A stretch of DNA of 37,837 bases from an uncultured Thiotrichaceae bacterium (GTDB lineage Bacteria; Pseudomonadota; Gammaproteobacteria; SZUA-229). The DNA lies in assembly GCA_964485705.1 (NCBI GenBank), contig CAZALW010000003.1, positions 1 to 37,837 on the forward strand, given 5' to 3'. The stretch's first letter is position 1. The number at the start of each line of letters is the position of its first letter. This document shows positions 18,397-26,406 of the stretch, piece after piece. The translations under genes and the position numbers were made by a program. Below the pieces are notes generated by a model, which was given only the letters and a program-made list of their open reading frames with translations, searched no databases and was not told where the DNA came from.

Positions 18397-20109
18397 ATGA
18401 AAACATCACCAGAAAATGAAATAAAAAAGATATACCAAAAATCTGTGCGCCTGTTAAATGATAAGCAGGCACGTTTGATGGATATGCAGCAAGTATTAAA
18501 GAAAGCTGTTATCAGGCTATCGCTTGCATCACGTAGTGACAATGATCAGGTTAATAATGTGCTATCTGATATCAATAGTTCAGTTGCTGATCATATTGAT
18601 ATAAATAGTCTAAATAAACATTTAGATGATTTATTTTTACTTATTAATCATGCAGATTTTCGAACTGACGAAACTAAAAAAACGGCATTGTATTCATATT
18701 TAAAAAAATATATTGAGGATAATAAAAACTCACCTCTATCTGATGAGGTCATTTTAAAAGTAAAAACATTTGTTGCTTCAAAACTGCCGGATGACGAGCT
18801 TTCAGCAGAGCTATTAAAGTCATTATCTAAGATGGATAAGGATTTATCAAACAGCAAACAACAATACAGTGATAGCATAAATTTATTTATAAAAGATATT
18901 TCCGAGTGTACTGGTTTTACCTTTGATAGAGCAGACATGGAAATATCTGAAATCATGCAGGATTTAGCCATTGAGCTTGCTAAATATATTTACTCAGAAA
19001 ATAACGATAATAAAACAAGTCAGAATTCAAGTATTGATGATACCGCTGATAATAGCGATAAGAATAATAACATAAGCCACATTCTAAATGAAATAGTTAA
19101 CCAGCTAGCATTGCCGGCATCATCAAAAAGGGACAAATTCCATGCGGTAAAAGGACTTAATGGCCCTGGTGAAAAAAACTGGAAAGATATTATCCACACA
19201 TTAGTACAGTTGGTTAATCAAAGTATTCATTCCGTTCAGCAGGAAAAAAAGACGCTTGAAGCTTACCTAATTAAAATTAGTGCACAGTTGGCAGATATAG
19301 AGTCATTTATGCATTCAATGTCCCGTGATACTGGCGAAGCAACATCCATATCATTGGCTTTAACAGATTCTGTAGAAGCAGGAGTATCAAGTATTGAAAA
19401 AACCATAACACAGTCAACGGATTTAACTGTGCTTAAACGCGATATCGCAACTAACCTGAAAGACATTCGCAAACATGTTGTCGATTATAATCATGCAGAA
19501 AAAATCAGGAATGACATATCCATACAAACGTATTCAAAAATGATAAATGAACTTGTCGATTCACAAAAAGAATCAGATGAGTTACAGTCACAATTACATG
19601 AAAGTAAGACACAACTTTTAAGTGATCCGTTGACAGGTATTGCAAATAGACTGGCTTATGATGAAAGAATTAAGGTAGAGTTCAACCGATGGAAGCGTAC
19701 AAATGCTCCTTTGTGTATTGCTATATGGGATGTTGACCACTTTAAAAAAATTAATGACAAATATGGTCATGCTGTAGGTGATCGCGTATTAAAATTGTTT
19801 GCAGATATAATTAATTCAAAAATCAGAAAGACAGACCTGTTCGCAAGAATAGGTGGTGAAGAATTTGTATTAGTCATGCCAGATACCTCTCTAGAAAAAG
19901 CAATGGCTTTAAATGAGAAATTACGGCTAATGCTCGAAGAGTGCAATTTTCATTATGATGGGCAACAATGCCAAATCACCTCATCAGTAGGAATAGCTGA
20001 ATTTCGACGAGGTGATAATGCCAATATAGCTTTAGACAAAGCAGATCAAGCTCTTTATCAAAGTAAAAATGAAGGCAGAAACCGGTGTACTACTTTTAAA
20101 GATGTTTAA
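18397..20109 (+). CDS. diguanylate cyclase with ~400-aa coiled-coil/low-complexity N-terminal region
   Basis: The C-terminal GGDEF domain has RKTD (an I-site-like RxxD) 5 aa before GGEEF. The N-terminus is helical, has no TM segment, and contains an N/D/S-rich linker. Confidence 0.85.
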   Translation: MKTSPENEIKKIYQKSVRLLNDKQARLMDMQQVLKKAVIRLSLASRSDNDQVNNVLSDINSSVADHIDINSLNKHLDDLFLLINHADFRTDETKKTALYSYLKKYIEDNKNSPLSDEVILKVKTFVASKLPDDELSAELLKSLSKMDKDLSNSKQQYSDSINLFIKDISECTGFTFDRADMEISEIMQDLAIELAKYIYSENNDNKTSQNSSIDDTADNSDKNNNISHILNEIVNQLALPASSKRDKFHAVKGLNGPGEKNWKDIIHTLVQLVNQSIHSVQQEKKTLEAYLIKISAQLADIESFMHSMSRDTGEATSISLALTDSVEAGVSSIEKTITQSTDLTVLKRDIATNLKDIRKHVVDYNHAEKIRNDISIQTYSKMINELVDSQKESDELQSQLHESKTQLLSDPLTGIANRLAYDERIKVEFNRWKRTNAPLCIAIWDVDHFKKINDKYGHAVGDRVLKLFADIINSKIRKTDLFARIGGEEFVLVMPDTSLEKAMALNEKLRLMLEECNFHYDGQQCQITSSVGIAEFRRGDNANIALDKADQALYQSKNEGRNRCTTFKDV

Positions 20110-20172
20110 CCTAAATCCTGCAAGTGCTTGCACACATATAGCACAATCACTTGCAGGATTTAGGTTTGATTT
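20108..20172 (+). terminator. rho-independent terminator of the signalling operon
   Basis: A 19-bp stem (20108..20126 with 20148..20166; core cctaaatcctgcaagtg/cacttgcaggatttagg) is followed by TTTGATTT. Confidence 0.6.
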
Positions 20173-20225
20173 ATTACTTTAGACCATTGATCATTGCTTT
20201 TCATAGGATGATCAGTCGTCACTAT

Positions 20226-20359
20226 GTAGCTTCTCAATAAGTCGGGGCAGTCTATGGTTTTGAGACTGTCGGTAGCAGGGATGCTAGCGTCAAGCCTACA
20301 GGGATGTATTCACGGCGTGTCTCAAAACCATAGACTGCCCCGACTTATTGAGAAGCTAC
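20226..20359. mobile_element. hairpin MITE/REPIN-like element, copy A
   Basis: Perfect 41-bp terminal inverted repeats (20226..20266 and 20319..20359) begin with GTAGC. They flank a 52-bp core. The element is flanked by gtcactat and gtcattat, a 7 of 8 direct repeat. Confidence 0.8.
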
Positions 20360-20366
20360 GTCATTA

Positions 20367-21065
20367 TCAATTAACCCTCTGGTTACTTTTATTCAGCACT
20401 GTTTGAAAGTCTTTAAGAATTGTTTTTGCATCATGCGGCGGGTTAAAGAATGCAGCGAGTCTACCTTCTGGGTTGAGTAATAAAAGTGCAGAGCTGTGAT
20501 CCATCAGGTAATTATTGCTGCCTTCTTCTGCCGGCATTTTCATGTAAACCACGCTCATTTGAAGTGTCAGTGCTTTTATTAATTTCTCACTACCAGTGAC
20601 ACCGATAAAATCTTTATCAAAATACTGAACATAATCGCTTAACATTTCTACTTTATCGCGCTCCGGATCAACCGAGATAAAAAGTACCTGTGGAAATAGA
20701 TGATTGTTTTCTTCTGCTATTTTTTTTGACTGTGCAGTCACGCCCATGGTTACTGGACAAACATCAGGGCAGTGCATATAACCAAAAAAAATCAAACTCC
20801 ACTGTCCTGTCAAATCATCAAGCGTAAAGGGGTTACCATCACCCTTAATTAATGTTGGAATGGAAATTTTACGGGCAGGCGATAGCATCATACCCTGTAT
20901 AGGTGAGAAGTTTTTTCTGGCTTCAGCCAGTTCTTTTTCGCTGGTGCTTTCTAACTTGTTCTGATAAATGTTATCGTTACCGCCTTGTTGTAATAAAGAT
21001 AACCAGAAACCGGCGGACATGGCTGCAACAGCCACTATAACGATGAGTCCTGTTTTTATAAACAT
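20367..21065 (-). CDS. SCO1/SenC copper chaperone
   Basis: It has an N-terminal TM segment, a CPDVCP (CxxxC) motif and a downstream DHS histidine. It is the last gene of the oxidase cluster. Confidence 0.85.
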   Translation of the reverse strand: MFIKTGLIVIVAVAAMSAGFWLSLLQQGGNDNIYQNKLESTSEKELAEARKNFSPIQGMMLSPARKISIPTLIKGDGNPFTLDDLTGQWSLIFFGYMHCPDVCPVTMGVTAQSKKIAEENNHLFPQVLFISVDPERDKVEMLSDYVQYFDKDFIGVTGSEKLIKALTLQMSVVYMKMPAEEGSNNYLMDHSSALLLLNPEGRLAAFFNPPHDAKTILKDFQTVLNKSNQRVN

Positions 21066-21070
21066 AGTAA

Positions 21071-21991
21071 TTAATGAAAGTATGGATAAACAAAATGTGA
21101 AAAATAGTGATCTACAACCATTGCAATAAACAATAGCATCAAATAATTTATTGAATACACAAAAGTGGAAATAGCCGCGTTCTTTCTTTCACTAAACATC
21201 AACATAAAAACTTTATAAAAGAAATACATACCCAGTATAACTGCGGAAAATAAATATATTTCACCATGCATATAAGTAAGATAGGGCAGCAAACTGGCGA
21301 TAAACATCAAGATGGTATAACCCAGAATTGAATATTTGGTGAATTCAATGCCGTGCGTTACCGGCAACATAGGCAGGTTAACTTTGGCGTAGTCATCGCG
21401 ACGATGTATTGCCAGTGCCCAAAAATGTGGTGGTGTCCATGTGTATATAATTAACACCAGTAATAAACCGTGCGGATCTATTGAACCTGTCACTGCTGTC
21501 CAGCCAAGTAATGGTGGTGTTGCTCCTGCCAGGCCACCAATTACAATGTTTTGTGGTGTGGCTTTTTTTAGATACATGGTATATATAACAGCATAACCAA
21601 TCATACTGGCAAAGGTTAAAACAGCGGTTAACACATTTATCCAGGCGACCAAAATAAAAACAGAAGCAGCGGCTATTATCATTGCAAAAATAAAAGCATT
21701 TTGCTGGCTGACCCGCCCCTGAGGTAAAGGCCGGTTTTTTGTCCTCGCCATTCGTGCGTCAATTTCCCTTTCTACAATCTGATTGATGGCTGCACCCGCA
21801 GCCGCACCCAGCCCAATACCAAGTGAGGATATGACTAATATAAATAAAGAAATCTCACCTGGTGGACTGGCGAGCACAACGCCAACAATTGAGGTAAGCA
21901 GAAGCAGTGCAATCACTTTAGGTTTGCATAACGCAAAATAGTCACGCCAGGTAGTGATTTGTTTTACATGGTTCATTGTTTCAGTATTCAT
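21071..21991 (-). CDS. cyoE: protohaem IX farnesyltransferase (haem O synthase)
   Basis: It is a polytopic UbiA-type protein with NQIVEREIDARMARTKNRPL. Confidence 0.9.
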   Translation of the reverse strand: MNTETMNHVKQITTWRDYFALCKPKVIALLLLTSIVGVVLASPPGEISLFILVISSLGIGLGAAAGAAINQIVEREIDARMARTKNRPLPQGRVSQQNAFIFAMIIAAASVFILVAWINVLTAVLTFASMIGYAVIYTMYLKKATPQNIVIGGLAGATPPLLGWTAVTGSIDPHGLLLVLIIYTWTPPHFWALAIHRRDDYAKVNLPMLPVTHGIEFTKYSILGYTILMFIASLLPYLTYMHGEIYLFSAVILGMYFFYKVFMLMFSERKNAAISTFVYSINYLMLLFIAMVVDHYFSHFVYPYFH

Positions 21992-22991
21992 ATCTATTAT
22001 TTAATCCCGAGTAATGTACCAATGCTGTCAAACTCATTAGTAATAAAACAGCAACGCCATTATGTGCAACGGCAACTGGCAAAGGTAATGAAAATACAAT
22101 ATTGGAAACACCTAACGTTAGCTGGGTAATTAATACCAGTGACAGCCACAATGCAAATTTATTCCAGCCTGCGATAAAAATCTTAATAATTAAAAACAAT
22201 AAATATAACGTTGTGAGCAATGCGCCTAAACGATGCATCCAGTGAATAGTGACGCGGGCATCGTTACCCAGATGACCGCCAAGATAATTATTCACACCTT
22301 CAGTGCTAATGGTGAAAGCACCGGAGAAATCCAGTGGTGGAATCAATTTGCCCTGACAGGCAGGAAAATCAGCGCAGATAATGGCAGCATAATTAGCGCT
22401 GGTCCAGCCACCTAATGCTATTTGAACAAAAACAATAGCAACGCCAATTAATGCCAGAGACCGTACCGGGTTGCCACAGGCGATCGGATTATTATGGCGA
22501 ACATTTAAAAATAAAACCAGCAACAATGTCAGCGTAATAAAACCACCTAATAGATGCCCCATAACGATAATGGGTAACAAGCCCATGGTAACCGTCCACA
22601 TACCCAGTGCAGACTGAAAGATGATTATGCCAAGAAGGGCATAAGATAAAACTAGCGGCTGTTCATTTTTGCTACGGTTAATAAAACCGGTTAAGGCTAA
22701 AGCAGCGACCAATAAACCTAAACTACCTGCAAAATAACGGTGTATCATTTCAGGCCAGGCTTTATGTGCTTCTAGCGGTGCATGCGGAAAAGCTTCGTTT
22801 GCCTGATGAATTTCATGTGGCTCATCCGGCACAATTAAAAAGCCATAACAACCCGGCCAGTCAGGGCAACCCAGGCCAGCATCCACTAACCTTGTGTACG
22901 CGCCAAGCAATACCACAGTAAAGGCAAGAAAAATTGCAGCCAAACTTAACTTGTAACTCAGGCTACGGCTTTGTACTGCTGAATCATCCAA
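21981..22991 (-). CDS. ctaA: haem A synthase (COX15/CtaA)
   Basis: It is a polytopic protein with the Cys pairs CPDWPGC and CADFPAC and conserved His residues. It overlaps cyoE by 11 nt. Confidence 0.85.
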   Translation of the reverse strand: MDDSAVQSRSLSYKLSLAAIFLAFTVVLLGAYTRLVDAGLGCPDWPGCYGFLIVPDEPHEIHQANEAFPHAPLEAHKAWPEMIHRYFAGSLGLLVAALALTGFINRSKNEQPLVLSYALLGIIIFQSALGMWTVTMGLLPIIVMGHLLGGFITLTLLLVLFLNVRHNNPIACGNPVRSLALIGVAIVFVQIALGGWTSANYAAIICADFPACQGKLIPPLDFSGAFTISTEGVNNYLGGHLGNDARVTIHWMHRLGALLTTLYLLFLIIKIFIAGWNKFALWLSLVLITQLTLGVSNIVFSLPLPVAVAHNGVAVLLLMSLTALVHYSGLNNRYEY

Positions 22992-23613
22992 TTTGTGAAG
23001 CCTTTAGTAATTTTTTCAAATCATGCAAGAATTCTTTATTTGGTTGATCCTGCATAAAACGCATCATGACATTACCCCTTGGATCCATAATATAGGTTTC
23101 ATTATTGTTGATACCAGCATCGATACGAATGTTATTGCCCAGGGCTTTAACAATTGTATCTGCGTTGCCATTTACCTGTATAACATCGGGGTGAGTGTTA
23201 GCAATGAATTGAGATAACGTTTCACCTGCTGTCTCAAGGTGAACAAACATACGAATCAGGCGATGTTGTCTTTTAGCTAAAGAGGTATGAATTTGCCGCG
23301 TATCGTATAGTTGTTTTTCACACTGCTGATCACAATCTTTAGCTACAAAAGAAATTAACCGCCATTTATAAGTTAGTTCTTTTTCCGGGATAATTTCACC
23401 GCTGTCATTTTTCAATTCAAAGTTTTTTATATGAACAATAGGGTTTAAAATTTCACCATGATTGACAAATGATTTAACATCAACAAAAAAGAATATAGCG
23501 TATGCTAAAGCGACGGGCGCGATAAAAGCCAGAACAACAAACCAGACTGTATATGGGTTTCTTTTTTTACCAGAAATTGTATTGTTCGCTGTTTGTGTTT
23601 CAATTTCACTCAT
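22984..23613 (-). CDS. membrane-anchored oxidase-cluster protein with SCO-like CxxxC
   Basis: It has a single N-terminal TM segment. WRLISFVAKDCDQQCEKQL aligns by eye with WSLIFFGYMHCPDVCPVTM of the SCO1 gene. It occupies the position of the hypothetical gene between SURF1 and ctaA in Pseudomonas-type clusters. Confidence 0.5.
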   Translation of the reverse strand: MSEIETQTANNTISGKKRNPYTVWFVVLAFIAPVALAYAIFFFVDVKSFVNHGEILNPIVHIKNFELKNDSGEIIPEKELTYKWRLISFVAKDCDQQCEKQLYDTRQIHTSLAKRQHRLIRMFVHLETAGETLSQFIANTHPDVIQVNGNADTIVKALGNNIRIDAGINNNETYIMDPRGNVMMRFMQDQPNKEFLHDLKKLLKASQIG

Positions 23614-23636
23614 ATTTTATATTCACTTAGTTAGTA

Positions 23637-23774
23637 TATTAATCGTTGCATAAGTATTCGCAGTGTGTGCTTTTTAAACTGTTGGTAGCATGGATGCTAC
23701 CGTCAAGCCTATAGGGACATATTTACTGCGTGTTTCAAAAGTACGCGTTGCGAATACTTATGCAACGATTAATA
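23637..23774. repeat. hairpin element copy B: same core as copies A/C, different arms
   Basis: The arms tattaatcgttgcataagtattcgca and tgcgaatacttatgcaacgattaata are 26 bp and perfect, then imperfect further in. The core ctgttggtagcatggatgctaccgtcaagcctatagggac is near-identical to the cores at 20265 and 28096. Confidence 0.75.
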
Positions 23775-23788
23775 CTTGATGACACCGG

Positions 23789-24580
23789 TTAGATACATCG
23801 GTCATCGTTTCTGAGCACTGCGTTTTTTCGTTTGCTATTAACAGCAATATAAATAATTAACAATGCTGCTGACAGGGCAAACCACTGAAAAGCATAACCA
23901 TTATTTTTTGCTGCGTTTAAATTGAGTACGGGAAGGTCATACTCAAAATTCCCGCTTTCATTCTGGTTAAGCCATAGCACCATGTCATACAGCTCAACGC
24001 CCAATAACTGATTAATCTCATTTAAATCAATGTACTGTAATACCACTGGCCATTGTGCCGTTTCCTGTATGTTGTCAGCTAAAATCAATGCGTGTGATGG
24101 CGTCAAATCCAGTAATCCAGAAATTTCAATTTTGCCAGCAGGTGTTTTTATTTCAGGTAAATCCTGTCGCGTTTTACCTTGAGAAATAAATCCTCTGTTC
24201 ACCAAAATCATTTTAGTCGGGTTCATTTTTACGGGTGTAAAAACATGATAACCAACGCGTCCATTAAAAATTTTATTATCAAGCAATAAGTTGTGTTTAC
24301 CATCATATTCACCAATAAAAGTTACCGGACGATAGCGCCGTTGATTGATCGACTGTGGTAATTCATTAAGATTTACTGTCGATAAATTTTTACGCTCAGT
24401 AATATTTTGTTGTAAAGTATCTTTGTATTCAGCACGATCGAGTTGCCAGAATCCCAGTGACATCATTACATATAAAAAACCAGCAGTGATAAGACTGCTG
24501 AGCAAGCCAGGGTTAAAATGATATGAGGCAATATGAAACGAAACTAATCGGTACTGCCTTATGTTGTTAATAATATTCAC
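23789..24580 (-). CDS. SURF1-family cytochrome oxidase assembly protein
   Basis: It has N- and C-terminal TM segments and the FWQLDRAEYK motif. Its position in the cluster fits. Confidence 0.75.
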   Translation of the reverse strand: MNIINNIRQYRLVSFHIASYHFNPGLLSSLITAGFLYVMMSLGFWQLDRAEYKDTLQQNITERKNLSTVNLNELPQSINQRRYRPVTFIGEYDGKHNLLLDNKIFNGRVGYHVFTPVKMNPTKMILVNRGFISQGKTRQDLPEIKTPAGKIEISGLLDLTPSHALILADNIQETAQWPVVLQYIDLNEINQLLGVELYDMVLWLNQNESGNFEYDLPVLNLNAAKNNGYAFQWFALSAALLIIYIAVNSKRKNAVLRNDDRCI

Positions 24581-24598
24581 TATTAAACAGGTTTACAC

Positions 24599-24802
24599 AT
24601 GATATTTAAAATTGTTATTCTCAGTTTATTGCTGGTTGTCATTATCAGTCTGGGCTCTGCACTGGTTGCCATGGCACGGGGTGATAAGTCAGACAAAATG
24701 TTGAAAGCTTTAACCTGGCGTATTGGTTTATCAGTGGGGATTTTTGTACTACTTTTAATCGGACAGGCAATGGGGCTTATTACACCCCATGGCTTGTCCT
24801 AA
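24599..24802 (+). CDS. twin-transmembrane-helix small protein (oxidase-cluster associated)
   Basis: It is 67 aa with two hydrophobic helices separated by ARGDKSDKMLKALTWR. It sits on the opposite strand inside the oxidase cluster, as in other proteobacteria. Confidence 0.6.
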   Translation: MIFKIVILSLLLVVIISLGSALVAMARGDKSDKMLKALTWRIGLSVGIFVLLLIGQAMGLITPHGLS

Positions 24803-24850
24803 ATCCAATGAATAGTGCAGAGCTACTCACGATTAATTTGGCACTGATTT

Positions 24851-25729
24851 TTAGAGCCAGTAAACAAATATAAATAGACCTAGCCAGACAACATCAACAA
24901 AGTGCCAGTACCAGGCAACTGCTTCGAATGCAAAATGATTGTCTGCTGTAAAGTGACCTTTAATTGCGCGGACTAACATAACCAACAGCATAATGGTTCC
25001 CATGGTTACGTGAAACCCGTGGAATCCCGTTAATAGAAAGAAAGTGCTACCATAAATACCTGAGCCCATGGTCAAGCCTAATTCTGTGTAGGCATGAATA
25101 TATTCTTCTGCCTGTAAGAACAGGAAAATAATACCTAACACCACTGTAGCAGCTAACCATAAAATTAATGGTTTCCTGTTACCGGCGCGTAATGCGTGAT
25201 GCGCAATGGTTACGGTTACCGATGAGGTCAGTAGTATTGCTGTGTTTATTGCAGGCAATCCAAATGCCGGGATGACATCTGTCGGCGGAACAAATTTGGT
25301 GTTATCCGGGTTGCTTATTAGTGGCCAAACTGCTTCAAATGCAGGCCATAAAAGTTCATGTGTCATTGCATTGTTGCTTGACCCGCCTAACCATTGCACT
25401 GCGATGGTTCGTGCATAGAAGAGGGCACCGAAGAAAGCAGCAAAAAACATGACCTCTGAAAAAATAAACCATAACATGCCAATGCGAAAAGATTTATCTA
25501 CCTGAGTATTGTAACTATCCGACATGGATTCATTTATAACTGTACCAAACCATGCAAAAAACATAACGGCGATCATTAAAAAACCGACTGGCAAAATCAA
25601 ATTAATGGCACCGGCATGAATTGAAGTAACAGCGCCAATAGCGGTTGTGGTCAGTGCGATAGTAGCAATAAATGGCAGCTTACTTGGTTCAGGTATGAAA
25701 TATACATTATGATCTGTACTTGATGACAT
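24851..25729 (-). CDS. coxC: cytochrome c oxidase subunit III
   Basis: It has seven-helix CoxIII-like sequence (FHGFHV, WYWHFVDVVW). I chose the MSSSTDH start at 25729, which has AGGAAA upstream. Confidence 0.9.
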   Translation of the reverse strand: MSSSTDHNVYFIPEPSKLPFIATIALTTTAIGAVTSIHAGAINLILPVGFLMIAVMFFAWFGTVINESMSDSYNTQVDKSFRIGMLWFIFSEVMFFAAFFGALFYARTIAVQWLGGSSNNAMTHELLWPAFEAVWPLISNPDNTKFVPPTDVIPAFGLPAINTAILLTSSVTVTIAHHALRAGNRKPLILWLAATVVLGIIFLFLQAEEYIHAYTELGLTMGSGIYGSTFFLLTGFHGFHVTMGTIMLLVMLVRAIKGHFTADNHFAFEAVAWYWHFVDVVWLGLFIFVYWL

Positions 25730-25751
25730 AGTTTTTATTTCCTGGTTATAA

Positions 25752-26381
25752 TTAATGTTGTGCCAAAGGTGTGTTAAATGCAATTTTCTTTGCGTTTACC
25801 CGTAGATAGTCATCAGCTGATGCCGTTACGTCCTCTGATCCTGGCTTTACAAAAAATGTATACGACAGAGTTATCTCGCGAACATCTTTATCAATCGCAG
25901 GATCAACAATAAATACCACGGGCATTATTTTCTCTTCGCCAGCTTTTAATGGTTGCTCAGTAAAACAGAAACATTCTGTTTTTTGAAAATAGGCGGCAGC
26001 TTGACCCGGTGTAACACTGGGTGTTGCAGTGCCAATGATATCTCTATTGGTTTTGTTCCGGACAACATATTCAACTCGGGTAGCTTTGCCAGGATGTACT
26101 TTAACGGAGTAGGTTAAGGGCTTAAATTCCCATGGCATACCATCATTTAAATTTGCCAGAAACTCTACTTTTATTTCTCGGCTGGTGTCTACCTGCATTG
26201 GTTCCGTTGATACATATTGCTCACCCGTTTTACCGTTTAGTCCAGTAATATCACAAAAGACATCGTACAAAGGCACTAAAGCAAAGCCGAAACCAAACAT
26301 GCCAAACACAACAAATAATAAGTTTTGTATCACTTTTTTATTGCTACTGTTTGTATTGTCCATGTCTTTACCTTTGTTCAA
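25752..26381 (-). CDS. ctaG: cytochrome c oxidase assembly protein CtaG/Cox11
   Basis: It has an N-terminal TM segment, LYDVFCDITG and the copper motif CFCF. Confidence 0.9.
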   Translation of the reverse strand: MNKGKDMDNTNSSNKKVIQNLLFVVFGMFGFGFALVPLYDVFCDITGLNGKTGEQYVSTEPMQVDTSREIKVEFLANLNDGMPWEFKPLTYSVKVHPGKATRVEYVVRNKTNRDIIGTATPSVTPGQAAAYFQKTECFCFTEQPLKAGEEKIMPVVFIVDPAIDKDVREITLSYTFFVKPGSEDVTASADDYLRVNAKKIAFNTPLAQH

Positions 26382-26406
26382 ACTTATAGACTACTCGCCG
26401 GGTTTT

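Noticed and set aside
10377-20109. Search for CheA, CheW, MCP, sigma factor or anti-sigma genes in the signalling island
   Set aside because: None was found in any frame. Every ORF above 60 aa here is accounted for by the eight listed genes or their shadows.
23663-23748. All four mismatches in the inner arms of hairpin copy B are G-T on the plus strand (G-U compatible), suggesting a plus-strand RNA structure
   Set aside because: There are only four positions. Copy C shows non-wobble mismatches, and the surrounding operon is transcribed from the minus strand. That is insufficient for a strand-specific RNA claim.
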